Of a stretch of DNA of 64,000 nt, positions 28,901 through 39,917 are shown piece by piece. How positions within the stretch are numbered: the first letter of the stretch is position 1; each line of letters starts with the position of its first letter. The translations under genes were made by a program, and so were the position numbers. Under the pieces are notes generated by a model. It did no database searches and was not told the origin of the DNA. It saw only the letters and a list, made by a program, of their open reading frames with translations. The stretch comes from Clostridia bacterium (GTDB taxonomy: Bacteria; Bacillota; Clostridia; TANB77; CAG-508): NCBI GenBank assembly GCA_022793875.1, contig JAAWDR010000028.1, positions 23,544 to 87,543 on the forward strand, given 5' to 3'.

Positions 28901-29440
28901 TTAATTTTCTTTTGTATAATCATTTATTTTTTTAATAAATATTATTCTATCAATAATATCTAATATACCATAAACTATTATTATAGCTCCAACTGCTGTA
29001 ATTACTATATTTTGTTTTACTAAAATTATAATACCAGCTAATACCATTAACATAGTCAATACCAATGAAACAGTCCAATATGGTGATTTAACTTGCTTCC
29101 ATGCTAATACAGTTTGCAAATCCATAACTGCTGTTATAATAATCCACATTCCTAATATTACTCTAAATAATGATAATATTACATTAGATGCAAATAATAT
29201 TATAACACCAAATATTACCATAATCAGTGCCATTGTTAATAAGTAATCTTCTTTAGTTTCTGAAGTATAATATTCTACTAATTTTAAAACACCCATAGCA
29301 ATAAATACCACACCTAATACTATTGAAATTGCTCCTACTGTTTCATTTGGTTTTATTACAAATAATGCTCCAAATAGTACAAATATTATTGAAATAACTA
29401 TGTCTGTCCAGCTTGATCTTCTTAAGAATTTTTCAAACAT
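28901..29440 (-). CDS. HdeD/DUF308-like membrane protein
   Basis: 179 aa, six hydrophobic segments. N-terminal WTDIVISIIFVLFGALFVIKP is typical of DUF308 repeats. Confidence 0.6.
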   Translation of the reverse strand: MFEKFLRRSSWTDIVISIIFVLFGALFVIKPNETVGAISIVLGVVFIAMGVLKLVEYYTSETKEDYLLTMALIMVIFGVIILFASNVILSLFRVILGMWIIITAVMDLQTVLAWKQVKSPYWTVSLVLTMLMVLAGIIILVKQNIVITAVGAIIIVYGILDIIDRIIFIKKINDYTKEN

Positions 29441-29586
29441 GATACTCCCTCTCTTTCTTTTGTATTTTTGTTTATAATATCACAACATTTTAAAAATGTA
29501 CACATATTTTTAAAATTTTTCTATATTTTTGTCATATAATGAAAAAAAATAGCAGTTATTTTGTGCTATTTTCTTTAATTTACTTA

Positions 29587-29778
29587 TTATGCATTTTCAG
29601 TTTCTTTTTTTGCAACTACTTGTTTTCCATCATAATATCCACAATTTGCGCAAACTCTATGTGGCATTATAGGTTCATGACAATTTGGGCATGAAGCAAA
29701 ATTTGGTTGCTCTTTTTTCCATGTAGATCTTTTTGAATGTGTTCTTGCTTTTGACCATCTTCTTTTTGGTTGTGCCAT
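29587..29778 (-). CDS. rpmF: 50S ribosomal protein L32
   Basis: 63 aa. MAQPKRRWSKARTHSKRS...CPNCHEPIMPHRVCANCGYY (Cys4 zinc ribbon). Confidence 0.9.
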   Translation of the reverse strand: MAQPKRRWSKARTHSKRSTWKKEQPNFASCPNCHEPIMPHRVCANCGYYDGKQVVAKKETENA

Positions 29779-29849
29779 TTCTATTCCCCCTTTGCTTAAA
29801 GATATATGTTTATATCTATTTGAATTTCTTCATTTTTTCATACTATAAA

Positions 29850-29878
29850 ATTATACAAGTATTTTTCATTTTTGTCAA
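29850..29878 (-). promoter_or_regulatory. sigma-A-type promoter of rpmF
   Basis: Minus strand reads ttgaca-17 nt-tataat, about 70 nt upstream of the rpmF ATG. Confidence 0.6.
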
Positions 29879-30062
29879 CTGTTTCTCTACTTTTATTAAA
29901 ATTTCTTGTTAATTATTCAATAATTTTTATCATCCAACATTTTATATTTAATAATTTCATATATATTTTTCATTGTAGTTTCAATAGTTTCTCCTATTTA
30001 TCGGGATATTTCATTAATAGGTACTCTTCCCTCAACTCCAATCATAAAGTGTATAAATCTTA

Positions 30063-31319
30063 TCAATTTCTTTTATATTCTTTTCTATATCTTATAAACA
30101 CAACAACAATTATAGAAATAAAAATCATTAAACTGAAACCTAGAATTAACCACTTATAATTATATCCTTCCTTTTCTTCATTTTTCTCAACATTAGAACT
30201 AGTCTCTTGTGGCTTATATATATCTTCTGCTTTTTCAATCTCAGACTTTTGTTGTTCTAAAAAAACACTTTCTTCTTCCAAATCTCTTTTATATACCTCA
30301 ATCAAATAATTTTTCTTTGAAATACCATTAGCAGAAGTAACAGTCACTGTTATCAAATTACTTCCAACTTTTAAATTATCATTTCCTACAATATCAACTT
30401 TTGCATTTTCATTCTCAGGTACTGCAAGTATTCTAAGTTGTTCAATTGCATTTGAAATCTCAATATTATAATTAGTTTGATTTGTATCAAATGGAGGATT
30501 TAATAAATAATTTTCAACTGCTAATATCTCTAAATTTGTATTTGCCATTTCAAAATCATCTGTTTTAGTAACTTGAATACTATAAACCTTTTTTTGATTC
30601 TGATTTTCTGATGTAACATTCACATTAATAATATTAATTCCTCTTTGCAAATTAGTGTTTCCTGTTACTTCTACTTTAGCATTTGGATTTTCACTAATAG
30701 CCAATACTTCTATTTCATTTATATCATTAGGAACTGTTAAATAATATTGATAAACATCTTTGTTAAAAGTAGGTACAATTCCTTCTGTATCCAATCTTAA
30801 AACTTGTAAATATGCATTTTCACTTTGAGAATTTGTTCCTTTTTCTTCTTTTTGCTCTTCTGATATCCCATTTTTCTCTTTTATCTGAACTTGTTTTTCT
30901 TTAAAGTCTACTTGTATTAATTGTCCTGTTTCACTATAAAACTCACCTTCTATACTAAAATTAGCAATTCCTTCTTCTTTTGCTTTAAATCTAAATTTAG
31001 CAATTTCTCCATCCTTAGGTGTCTTTCCTCCATTTATATCATACCAAACATAAATAATTCTGTTCTCCTGTACACTTACATTTTCCGCTTCTGATATAAA
31101 TTCAAATTTAGTATTATCAAAATAAAGAGAAAAATTAAATGCTGCTGTTTTTGCATCTTTCAAATTTATAGACACTTCTATTTCATCATTTTTTTCTAAA
31201 TTTTCTTTATTGCATTCTATATAAACTAATCCTGTTTGTGTAGCATAACTTATATTACAAATACAAAAACTACAAACCAATATTATAAAAACAAATATAT
31301 TAATTATTTTACTTTTCAA
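30063..31319 (-). CDS. membrane-anchored surface protein: cohesin-like domain plus two cadherin-like beta-sandwich repeats plus C-terminal TM
   Basis: 418 aa with a signal peptide. The N-terminal ~140 aa is cohesin-like (EIEVSINLKD...FNFSLYFDNTKFEFIS...FRFKAKEEG). Two internal repeats follow (AYLQVLRLD...YSIQV and TNLEILAVE...YLIEV). The C-terminus is a TM segment plus RYRKEYKRN. Confidence 0.6.
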   Translation of the reverse strand: MKSKIINIFVFIILVCSFCICNISYATQTGLVYIECNKENLEKNDEIEVSINLKDAKTAAFNFSLYFDNTKFEFISEAENVSVQENRIIYVWYDINGGKTPKDGEIAKFRFKAKEEGIANFSIEGEFYSETGQLIQVDFKEKQVQIKEKNGISEEQKEEKGTNSQSENAYLQVLRLDTEGIVPTFNKDVYQYYLTVPNDINEIEVLAISENPNAKVEVTGNTNLQRGINIINVNVTSENQNQKKVYSIQVTKTDDFEMANTNLEILAVENYLLNPPFDTNQTNYNIEISNAIEQLRILAVPENENAKVDIVGNDNLKVGSNLITVTVTSANGISKKNYLIEVYKRDLEEESVFLEQQKSEIEKAEDIYKPQETSSNVEKNEEKEGYNYKWLILGFSLMIFISIIVVVFIRYRKEYKRN

Positions 31320-31380
31320 TCCCTTACCCTCTTTCTAAATTTATAAAACTATATTTAATTAATTATTATATATTTATAAT

Positions 31381-31511
31381 GTTTGTATATTAATACTTTA
31401 TATTCTAAACGAATGTTAAGTGGGGACCAATAGAAACTGTTAAATGTATTAGCATTGTTACAGTTTCTTTTGGGAAACATGAGTTTAAATATAAAGTATT
31501 AATATACAAAC
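31381..31511. repeat. structured intergenic element, copy 1: 24-bp perfect stem closing a conserved core
   Basis: gtttgtatattaatactttatatt (31381-31404) has its exact reverse complement at 31488-31511. The core tgttaaatgtattagcattgttacag and a ggacc box are shared with the copy at 63024-63139. Confidence 0.8.
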
Positions 31512-31527
31512 AATTGATTATAATTAA

Positions 31528-33783
31528 TTATTGTTTTATAAATTGCAACTCAAGTATATGCCTCTGTATCAGTAGCAAATCAACAGAATTAGGCTCCTTA
31601 CCATTCTTATTAATATTACTAGCCTTTTTATACACGCCACTCAAACGCTCAATTTCCAAAATATGCCTTTGTATAACCAACAAATCCACACTATTAATTT
31701 TTCCATCTCCATTACTATCTCCATATATAATAATTTGATATTCTCTTAAAATCTCTCCATCTTCTTTTACTCTTATTTTAGTTCCTGTACCAACAATATC
31801 TGTATCTTTTAAAACTTCATTTCTATTATTTACAATTTCTATCTCATAATCTGTTATAATTTTATTTCTTATATCTTGTACAGTATTTTCTTTATAATCT
31901 ATTCCAGTTATTTCTAGACCATTTACTGTTAAAGAACTATCAAAATGGATTTCAGAATCATCCATTGGTCTTACCACATTCACTTCACATTCTGTTTTTA
32001 TATTTGAATTTTCATTAGAAGTAGCAATTATTTTCGTTTTTCCCTCTTTTGTAGCTGTAATTATTCCATATTCTTGAATAGTTGCAATTGAAGCATTTGT
32101 ACTTTGATATAAAATCAACTTATCATTAGCATCATCTGGTTCTACACTACCACTTATTTTAAAAGTATCTCCTACTTCCATATAAATTTCTTCTTGATCT
32201 AATTTAATTCCTGTTACAGAAGTATAAACTTCTATTTCAATTTCACTTTGTACATCATTTTCTTCAGCTTTTACTTTAATTGTAGTCTTCCCTGACCTAA
32301 TTGCATGTATATTTCCTTTATCATCAACTGTTGCTATTTTAGGATTATTTGATATATATTGCACTTTGTGGTTACTTGCTTCTTCCGGAGAAATCTTTAT
32401 TTGCAATTGTTTTGTTTCTCCTTTTTTCAAAATATTTGTATCAATACTAATATCAATTTTTTCAATTTGAACAGGTGGAATTTCTGTTACATAAGTTTGA
32501 TAAATATATCCTATAATTCCATTTTCTAATATTACCATATCCCATCTTTCACCTGATTGATTTCCTTTAGCTATCCTAGTCATTTTATAATTTTGATTTA
32601 TCGTAGTTATTATCTCATATGATGTAGATGGTCCTGTTCTTATATTTACATTTGTTCCATTGCAATAAACTTTTGTATTATCTTTTATAAATTCATTTTG
32701 ATTTATACTTGGGCTTTGTGTTGGAATATTTGGCATGTTATTATATACTGGAATAATAAAAGTCATTGGCATATCTATTAGTCCAGTCTTTTTATATCCA
32801 TTATAAATTGACTTTGACTCACTATATGGAGCTAATACATTTGTCATATACTGATGCCAAAACAAGTTATCTCCTCTATCATCATTTACATCAAACTTTT
32901 GTAAATAAATTGTATTTTGTCCTACATTAATATAACTAGAACCTATAAAAATTCCCCCTCCTGTTATTGCTTTTTCTTTAGTATTCCATGGAATTAAATA
33001 TTTGTCTTTTGTTGCTTGACTTGCACCATTTCCATCTTTTGCATATTGTAAACCTTTTTTTATAGCTCCCATTGGTTCAGCCGAACTCGTTGCACCTATA
33101 TTATAAAAATTATATAAACCTTTAAATCCATCGACATTCCCACTAATTGAAGCATGTGATAAAAATGGTCCTACTTCTTGTTTTATACGAGATGCTAAAT
33201 GATATGGACTAACTAAGGATGTTTGTCCTCCTCTCAAAATCAAATCTGAATATTTTTCATTCATATTAATTGTATTTCCATTACTCTCTAAATAGGAAAC
33301 CTTATTTTGATAAAATTCTGTTCCATATAGTATTTTTTCAATCCCATCTAAATTATTTGTATATGATTCATATGATAAAGCTTCAAATTGAAAAATACGA
33401 ACTTCATTCAAAAAATTTCGTGAATCCATACAATATTCAACCGCTTGTCTTGAACTATCTACCCATCCACTATCTATTTCTACATCATATTGTCCTGGTG
33501 TAGTATTCTTCCAACTATCTGAATAATTTTTGGGTACTAAATTCTTTCCAAATATATTTTCTTGATTTATGACATAATTCCAATCTAAATTTGTATATAA
33601 AGCTCTAAATTTCCAATTAGGATATTTTTTAGATAATTCTTCTAAATATGGCTGATAACTGATTGGAAAATTTTCTATTCCATCTAATTTATTAGATGCT
33701 TGAACTTTAAAATGTATTACTATACTTATTAATATTAAAATAAATAAAATAGCTATAAATATATATTTTCTATTTTTTTTCAT
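31528..33783 (-). CDS. secreted peptidoglycan hydrolase: GH73-type N-acetylglucosaminidase plus SH3b plus two Big_2 domains plus C-terminal dockerin
   Basis: 751 aa with an N-terminal anchor or signal. The glucosaminidase-like region contains SPYHLASRIKQEVG and GLYNFYNIGA. SH3b is NVRTGPSTSYEIITTI, and the Ig-like repeats contain ATVDDKGNIHAIRSGKTTIKV. Two dockerin EF-hand repeats are DSNGDGKINSVDLLVIQRHIL and NKNGKEPNSVDLLLIQRHIL. Confidence 0.7.
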   Translation of the reverse strand: MKKNRKYIFIAILFILILISIVIHFKVQASNKLDGIENFPISYQPYLEELSKKYPNWKFRALYTNLDWNYVINQENIFGKNLVPKNYSDSWKNTTPGQYDVEIDSGWVDSSRQAVEYCMDSRNFLNEVRIFQFEALSYESYTNNLDGIEKILYGTEFYQNKVSYLESNGNTINMNEKYSDLILRGGQTSLVSPYHLASRIKQEVGPFLSHASISGNVDGFKGLYNFYNIGATSSAEPMGAIKKGLQYAKDGNGASQATKDKYLIPWNTKEKAITGGGIFIGSSYINVGQNTIYLQKFDVNDDRGDNLFWHQYMTNVLAPYSESKSIYNGYKKTGLIDMPMTFIIPVYNNMPNIPTQSPSINQNEFIKDNTKVYCNGTNVNIRTGPSTSYEIITTINQNYKMTRIAKGNQSGERWDMVILENGIIGYIYQTYVTEIPPVQIEKIDISIDTNILKKGETKQLQIKISPEEASNHKVQYISNNPKIATVDDKGNIHAIRSGKTTIKVKAEENDVQSEIEIEVYTSVTGIKLDQEEIYMEVGDTFKISGSVEPDDANDKLILYQSTNASIATIQEYGIITATKEGKTKIIATSNENSNIKTECEVNVVRPMDDSEIHFDSSLTVNGLEITGIDYKENTVQDIRNKIITDYEIEIVNNRNEVLKDTDIVGTGTKIRVKEDGEILREYQIIIYGDSNGDGKINSVDLLVIQRHILEIERLSGVYKKASNINKNGKEPNSVDLLLIQRHILELQFIKQ

Positions 33784-33786
33784 AGT

Positions 33787-34413
33787 TTAATAATTCTCCT
33801 TTTCTCTAGCTTTTACAATAATTCTTTGTTTAGAATCATTTGTACAAGTAATTAAAGTAATTTCTCGCTTTCCACCTGTTTCTTCATTTAAACAATTTAC
33901 ATCATTTGGTAAAACTTTATATATATCATATATTTCATATTCAATTTTTCCTACATTGTTATCTGAAAGAAAAAGTTTATCTCCTACTTTCAATTTTTTT
34001 AATTTATAAAACATATTTCTATTTGGAAAATTATGTCCTGCTACACAGAAGTTTCCTATTTGGTTTGGTTCTACTCCCCAAAATTTTGTTACGGCTACAT
34101 TCAATGCTTGCATTGAATAATTCTTTAATATATATGTTTGTAATAATATTTCTGGTATCTCTAATTTTGCACACACATCATATCCCTGGTATTGTTCTTC
34201 TATTTTTTCTTTAGGATATTGTTTAATCTCTTTTTCCTCTTCTTTTACATTGTCCATTACTATTTCTTGTTTTTCTGCTGTATAATTATTGTTTGTTTGT
34301 TGTTTATCTTCTTCTATTTTTTTATCTTTATTTTCTTCTATTCCTAACCATATTATGACTATTACAATAGTGCATACAAGAAAAATATTAATTATAATTT
34401 TTTTCTTTTTCAT
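33787..34413 (-). CDS. sortase family transpeptidase
   Basis: 208 aa with an N-terminal TM, AGHNF and the catalytic ITLITCT (TLxTC) motif. Confidence 0.8.
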   Translation of the reverse strand: MKKKKIIINIFLVCTIVIVIIWLGIEENKDKKIEEDKQQTNNNYTAEKQEIVMDNVKEEEKEIKQYPKEKIEEQYQGYDVCAKLEIPEILLQTYILKNYSMQALNVAVTKFWGVEPNQIGNFCVAGHNFPNRNMFYKLKKLKVGDKLFLSDNNVGKIEYEIYDIYKVLPNDVNCLNEETGGKREITLITCTNDSKQRIIVKAREKENY

Positions 34414-34467
34414 ATTAAAAGTCCTTTCTCTTTAGATATGTAAAAAGGAGAATTAATTCTCCTTCAA

Positions 34468-35508
34468 TTATTTTCTTTTATTATAATATATATAATAACT
34501 TAATAGAGAAACTAATACTAATACTATAGGAATATAAATATTAACACCTGTTTTAGGTAAAGTTGTAGGTTTTTGTTCTGGTTTAGTAGTCTCTGGAGTT
34601 GTTTGCTCTGGCTTTGATTCTTCTGGTTTTTCAGGTTCTGTAGCTGGTGGTTCAACTGGTGTTGCAGTTTCAGCTACTGCTATTTGAAATGTTTTTTCTG
34701 CAATAATAGCATCTGAATTATCTCTATCTATTAATTTTAAAGTTACAGAATAATTTCCTGCTTTACTAAAAATTCCTCTTGTTTGTAATACTTGAGAAAC
34801 ATTTTTTCCTCCTATTTTATATCCTTGTGCATCTCCCCATCCACTTTCAATAATATCATGTTCTAATCCTGCATTATCAGTTGCTAATAATTGAATATCT
34901 GCACCTTCAGGTGTAGTTGCTGTGGCTACTAATCTAGCATGTTCATAATAGTGTCCCATTGGTGATGAATAAGAAACTGTTATTGCTTTTTCTTCTTCTT
35001 TTACAATTTTACCTTCATATTGTAAGTTTAATGTGTAATCAACATATTCTGGTTCAACTGTTACATTTTTTACAATTGGTGTTCCAATATCATCAAATGT
35101 TACTGATGCATCTGCATTTGCTAATCCTTCTGCTGTAATTGTAAATTCTGTTGGATTTGATGTTGTAATATCTGCTTTTGCTTTAAATGTTACACTCATA
35201 TTTGTTCTTGGATTTGTTCCTCCTGTTGTGTCATGATAAGTTACTATTATTTTATCTGTTGTGTCATTTGCTGTTCCCCCTTCTGATGATACATAATCAA
35301 AAATGTTATTATCATAAGATACTTTAAATGTATAAGCTCCTAAACTTTGTCCAAATTCCATTCTTACTGTTATTTCTTCTCCTGGTCTTACTGTTGTTTT
35401 ACTTGTTGTTATATCTAATGTGTCTAGTTCAGCAGCATAAGTATTTCCTGTGAATATAACTAATGTTAATAATGTTATTATGGTAAAAATACTAATTATT
35501 TTTTTCAT
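34468..35508 (-). CDS. LPXTG-anchored surface protein with N-terminal cohesin-like domain
   Basis: 346 aa with a signal peptide. The cohesin-like domain contains VRPGEEITVRMEFGQSLGAYTFKVSYDNNIFDYVSS and SVTFKAKAD. A Pro/Glu/Thr linker leads to LPKTG, a TM segment and NKRK. Confidence 0.75.
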   Translation of the reverse strand: MKKIISIFTIITLLTLVIFTGNTYAAELDTLDITTSKTTVRPGEEITVRMEFGQSLGAYTFKVSYDNNIFDYVSSEGGTANDTTDKIIVTYHDTTGGTNPRTNMSVTFKAKADITTSNPTEFTITAEGLANADASVTFDDIGTPIVKNVTVEPEYVDYTLNLQYEGKIVKEEEKAITVSYSSPMGHYYEHARLVATATTPEGADIQLLATDNAGLEHDIIESGWGDAQGYKIGGKNVSQVLQTRGIFSKAGNYSVTLKLIDRDNSDAIIAEKTFQIAVAETATPVEPPATEPEKPEESKPEQTTPETTKPEQKPTTLPKTGVNIYIPIVLVLVSLLSYYIYYNKRK

Positions 35509-35678
35509 TGTTTTTTTCCTCCTTTTTTGTTTTTATATTTTTATTATGCTTTTTTTTGTTTTTTATATTCAATTCTAAGTTTTACATTTTTTTCTTATTT
35601 TTGTTTTTCCTTAAACTACAACAAAAAAACATAATGGTACTTTTTCCCATTATGCTTTTTATAATAACTATTTCTTTC

Positions 35679-35849
35679 TCAAAAATTTATTACAAAGTCT
35701 GAATTGTCATAAAAATTTGCATTAAAAATCAAATTAAATTGTAGCCTTCTTTTTCTTTCCTTCATTGCTTCGATTGCATTCTTATAAGCATTTCTTCTTC
35801 GTTCTGAATCAAACATTTCATTTTCTGCTTTTACAACAATACTCTGCAT
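35679..35849 (-). CDS. small hypothetical protein (56 aa), below the ORF-track cutoff
   Basis: AGGAGGGA SD, then MQSIVVKAENEMFDSERRRNAYKNAIEAMKERKRRLQFNLIFNANFYDNSDFVINF. Function unknown. Confidence 0.35.
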   Translation of the reverse strand: MQSIVVKAENEMFDSERRRNAYKNAIEAMKERKRRLQFNLIFNANFYDNSDFVINF

Positions 35850-35922
35850 TACTATCCCTCCTAAATATTTATTTAAGATTTTTAGTACAATTTACGTAAT
35901 TAATATATTATCATATTTATTC

Positions 35923-38900
35923 TTAACATTCAAGTATTTCATCAAAAATTTTTTTAATATCATCATTATAATAAATAGAAGCACAAGGCTTAATATCATC
36001 ACCAACTTTAACCTGAACATTCATATTATTCTTATCACCAGAAAAATACTTAATAGCACTTCTCAACTTATCTTTTTGCATTTCTGACAAATCAGTAATA
36101 TCAAATGTAATAAGATTTGGCTGTTCTTCACCCAAATTTTTAATTTCATTTGCAATAATTGTAGCATCAGCATCATCTCTAATACTTAAACGACCATCAA
36201 CTATAACAATATTTTCTTCTATCAAACTTTTTCCAGCACTTATTACTGTATTTTCAAATGCAATTATTTCAGCAACTCCATACAAATCTTCAATAGTTAT
36301 AAAAGCCATAATTTTATTATTTTTTGTGTATTTTTTCTTTATTGATGTTATTATTCCTGCATATTTTACTTTTTGCCCATCTACAAATTTGATTTTTGCT
36401 CCTAAATTTTGTGTTTGTATTTTGTCCAAGTCTGAATTTATATTTTCTTCATCATTTTGCTCACTTAAACTTACTAAATCTACACTACTTATATTTGTTG
36501 AATGTAATATTTGCTCTTTCAACTTTTCTAATGGATGTCCTGATATATATATTCCAAGCATTTCTTTTTCCATTGATAACAATTCTTTTTCTGGTAATTC
36601 TTCATATTCTTCAAATTGATATTTATGTTTTTCTCTTTCTTCCTTTTCTTCTTGTGTTCCTAAGTCAAACATTGATACTTGTCCATCAAATCCTTTTTTC
36701 TTTCCACTTTGTATTGTATCAACAATTGCTTCAAAAGATGCTAAAAGAGTTGCTCTTGTTTGCTCAAATTCATCAAACACTCCTGCTTTTATTAAACTTT
36801 CTATACATTTTTTATTTACTTGTGCTTCTGCTATTCTTTCACAAAAGTCTGTAAAACTTTTATAGTTTCCATTTTCTTTTCTTTCTTTTACTATATTTTC
36901 TACTGGGACAGTTCCTACATTTTTTATACTTCCAAGTCCAAAACGTATTTTTCCCCTTCTAACATTATTACCTTTTTCTGTTAGATTATTAATATTTTCT
37001 TCCTTGTTAATTTCAACTGTAAATCTTTCAAAACTTTTATTAATATCTGGTTTTAATATTTCTATTCCTAATCTTTTACATTCATCTATATATTGAGGAA
37101 CTCTGTCTAGATTTCCTAAATAACTATTTAATGTTGCAGCCATAAATTCTGCTGGATAATATGCTTTTAAATATGCTGTTCTATATGATACTACTGCATA
37201 ACATGCTGCATGTGATTTGTTAAATGCATATTTTGCGAATTCTGCCATTTCATCAAATATTTTATCTGCTGATTTTTCATCTATTCCATTTCTTACGCAT
37301 CCTGGAACAACAATATTTCCATTTTCATCTACTTGACCATGTATAAAGACTTCTCTTTCTTTTGCCATTACATCAAGTTTTTTCTTTCCCATTGCTCTAC
37401 GTACTAAATCTGCTCTTCCTAGAGAATATCCTGCTAAATCTCTTACTATTTGCATAACTTGCTCTTGGTAAACCATACATCCATATGTTACATTTAGTAT
37501 TGGTTCTAAGCTTGGATGTGTATATTCATTATGACCTGGATTTTGTTTTCCTCTAATGTATCTAGGTATTTGGTCCATTGGTCCTGGTCTATATAATGAA
37601 ACTCCAGCTATTAAATCTTCTAAACAGTCTGGTTTTAACTCTTTCATGAAATTTGTCATACCTTGTGATTCGAATTGAAATATTCCAGATGTGTTTCCAT
37701 CTTGCCATAGTTTATATACTTTTGGTTCTGACATATCTTCATCAAATTCTACATCTATACCATAGTTTTGCTTAACCATATCTATTGTATTTTGAATTAC
37801 TGACAAGTTTCGTAATCCTAAAAAGTCCATTTTTAAAAGTCCTAGTTCTTCAAGTGTTGTCATTATATATTGAGTGTTTATTTGTCCATCTCTTACATAA
37901 AGTGGCACATATGTATCTACAGGGTCTTTTGTTATAACAACTCCGGCAAGCATGTGTTGATGCCTGTCTTGGCATTCCTTCTAATCCCATTGCTATATCT
38001 AATATTTTTCTTGTTTCTTCATCTGTTTCGTATCTATCTCTTAATTCTCTATTTTCTTCTAAAGCTTTTTTTATTGTTATATGTATTTCATTAGGTATCA
38101 TTTTCGCTAAAGCGTCTGCCTCTGCATATGGATAATCTAAAACCCTTGCTACATCACGAATTACCATTTTTGCTGCCATTGTTCCAAATGTAATTATTTG
38201 TGATACATGGTCATGTCCATATTTTTCTGAAACATAATCAATTACTTCTTGTCTTCTTTCATCTGAAAAATCAACGTCAAAGTCAGGCATGCTTATTCTT
38301 TCTGGATTTAGAAATCTTTCAAATAGCAAACCATATTTAATTGGGTCTATATCTGTAATTTCAATTGCATATGCTAAAATTGAACCTGCACCAGAACCTC
38401 TTCCTGGTCCTACTGGTATCCCATGTGTTTTAGCATAATTTATAAAATCCCATACTATTAGATAGTAATCTACATACCCCATTTTTTTGATTACACCTAA
38501 TTCGTATTCTGCTCTTTGTTGTATTTCCTCTGATAGATTTTTTCCATATCTTTTTTCTAATCCTTTGTCACACAATTCTTTTAAGAAATCATAATGTGTC
38601 TCATATTCAGGTGGTACATCATAATTAGGCAATTTAGTATTTCCAAATTCAAATTCAACATTACATTTTTCAGCTATTTTTACTGTATTTTCAATAGCAT
38701 CTGGAAATGCCGCAAAATATTCTGACATTTCTTCTGGTGATTTTACATATAACTCTTCAGTATCAAATTTCATTCTGTCTTCATCACTCATTCTTTTTCC
38801 TGTCTGAATACATAACAAAACTTCATGATTATATGCATCTTCTCTTTTTAAGTAATGTGCATCATTTGTTGCAACTAATGGAATATCCAACTTTCTCGCA

Positions 38901-39475
38901 AGTTGTACTAGTTTTTGATTAGCTAATACTTGCTCTTGTATTCCATTGTTTTGTATTTCTATATAATAATCTTCTCCAAAAACTTTTTTATGCCATAATG
39001 CAACTTGTTCAGCTTTTTCCATTTGTCCATTTAATAATGCTTGATTAACTTCTCCTGCTAAACATGCACTTAAACAAACTAAGCCTTCACTATATTGTTC
39101 TAATATATTATGGTCAATACGTGGTTTATAATAATATCCATCAACAAAACCTAATGATACTAATTTACTTAAATTTCTATATCCTTCATTATTTTTTGCA
39201 AGCAAAATCAAATGGTAATAATGATTATCAATGCCTGGCTCTTTATCAAATCTAGTACGTGGTGCAACATATACTTCACAACCAATTACTGGTTTTACAC
39301 CTTCTTTTTTGCATGCTTTATAAAAGTCAATAGCTCCATACATTACTCCATGGTCTGTTATTGCTATTGAGTTCATTCCTAATTCTTTTGCTCTTACTGG
39401 CAAGTCTTTTATTCTATTTGCTCCATCTAATAAACTATATTCACTGTGTATATGTAAGTGTACAAATTTTGGCAT
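35923..39475 (-). CDS. dnaE: DNA polymerase III alpha subunit DnaE, split as written by one extra base in the HAxGVVI motif
   Basis: ORF 37850..39475 is the PHP domain (FVHLHIHSEYSLLDG) and ORF 35923..37953 is the rest. The gene strand reads aca cat gct tgc C gga gtt gtt ata aca aaa. Without the C (plus-strand G at 37945) this is ...QASTHACGVVITKDPVDTYVPLY... Confidence 0.9.
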
Positions 39476-39550
39476 TTATTTTTCTCCCTTCAGAAAGTTG
39501 TATTAAAAACCACCATTCCTACAAATACATGTAAGAATGGCGATCTCTTA

Positions 39551-39868
39551 TTATAATTTGCAATATTCATTTAAAATTGTCCAAACAATTTTATGATGAT
39601 TTTTTATCTTTAGCATATGAACTTCTCCACCATCCATATAATATACTATAAATGGTACATCTTGAGTTGCATTATAATCTTTATTTATAAAAATTTCTTC
39701 AACTTCTGGAATAATTAAAATTAATTTTTTAGAAATTTCATTATTATCACAACTAGCATAACCTTTTACCAAACCTTCAAATACTGCATAAACTTCATCT
39801 CTTTTTAACTCCTTATGATATCTTATTCCTTTCTCAAGCCACCGAAAATTAATTGTAGTTTTTTTCAT
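39551..39868 (-). CDS. hypothetical small protein (about 105 aa)
   Basis: Intact ORF with GGAGGG SD before MKKTTINF. Contains an in-frame CGG. I recognise no family. Confidence 0.45.
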   Translation of the reverse strand: MKKTTINFRWLEKGIRYHKELKRDEVYAVFEGLVKGYASCDNNEISKKLILIIPEVEEIFINKDYNATQDVPFIVYYMDGGEVHMLKIKNHHKIVWTILNEYCKL

Positions 39869-39917
39869 TTGCTGTCCCTCCATTTTAGTAATTTTTGTTA
39901 TTATAGTTGCACTAAGA

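Noticed and set aside
29779-30062. A remnant of yceD (DUF177), which commonly precedes rpmF, or a frameshifted gene in this gap.
   Set aside because: Only a 15-codon ORF is present, the space is too small, and a good rpmF promoter occupies the gap. No C-before-GGA lesion restores a longer frame.
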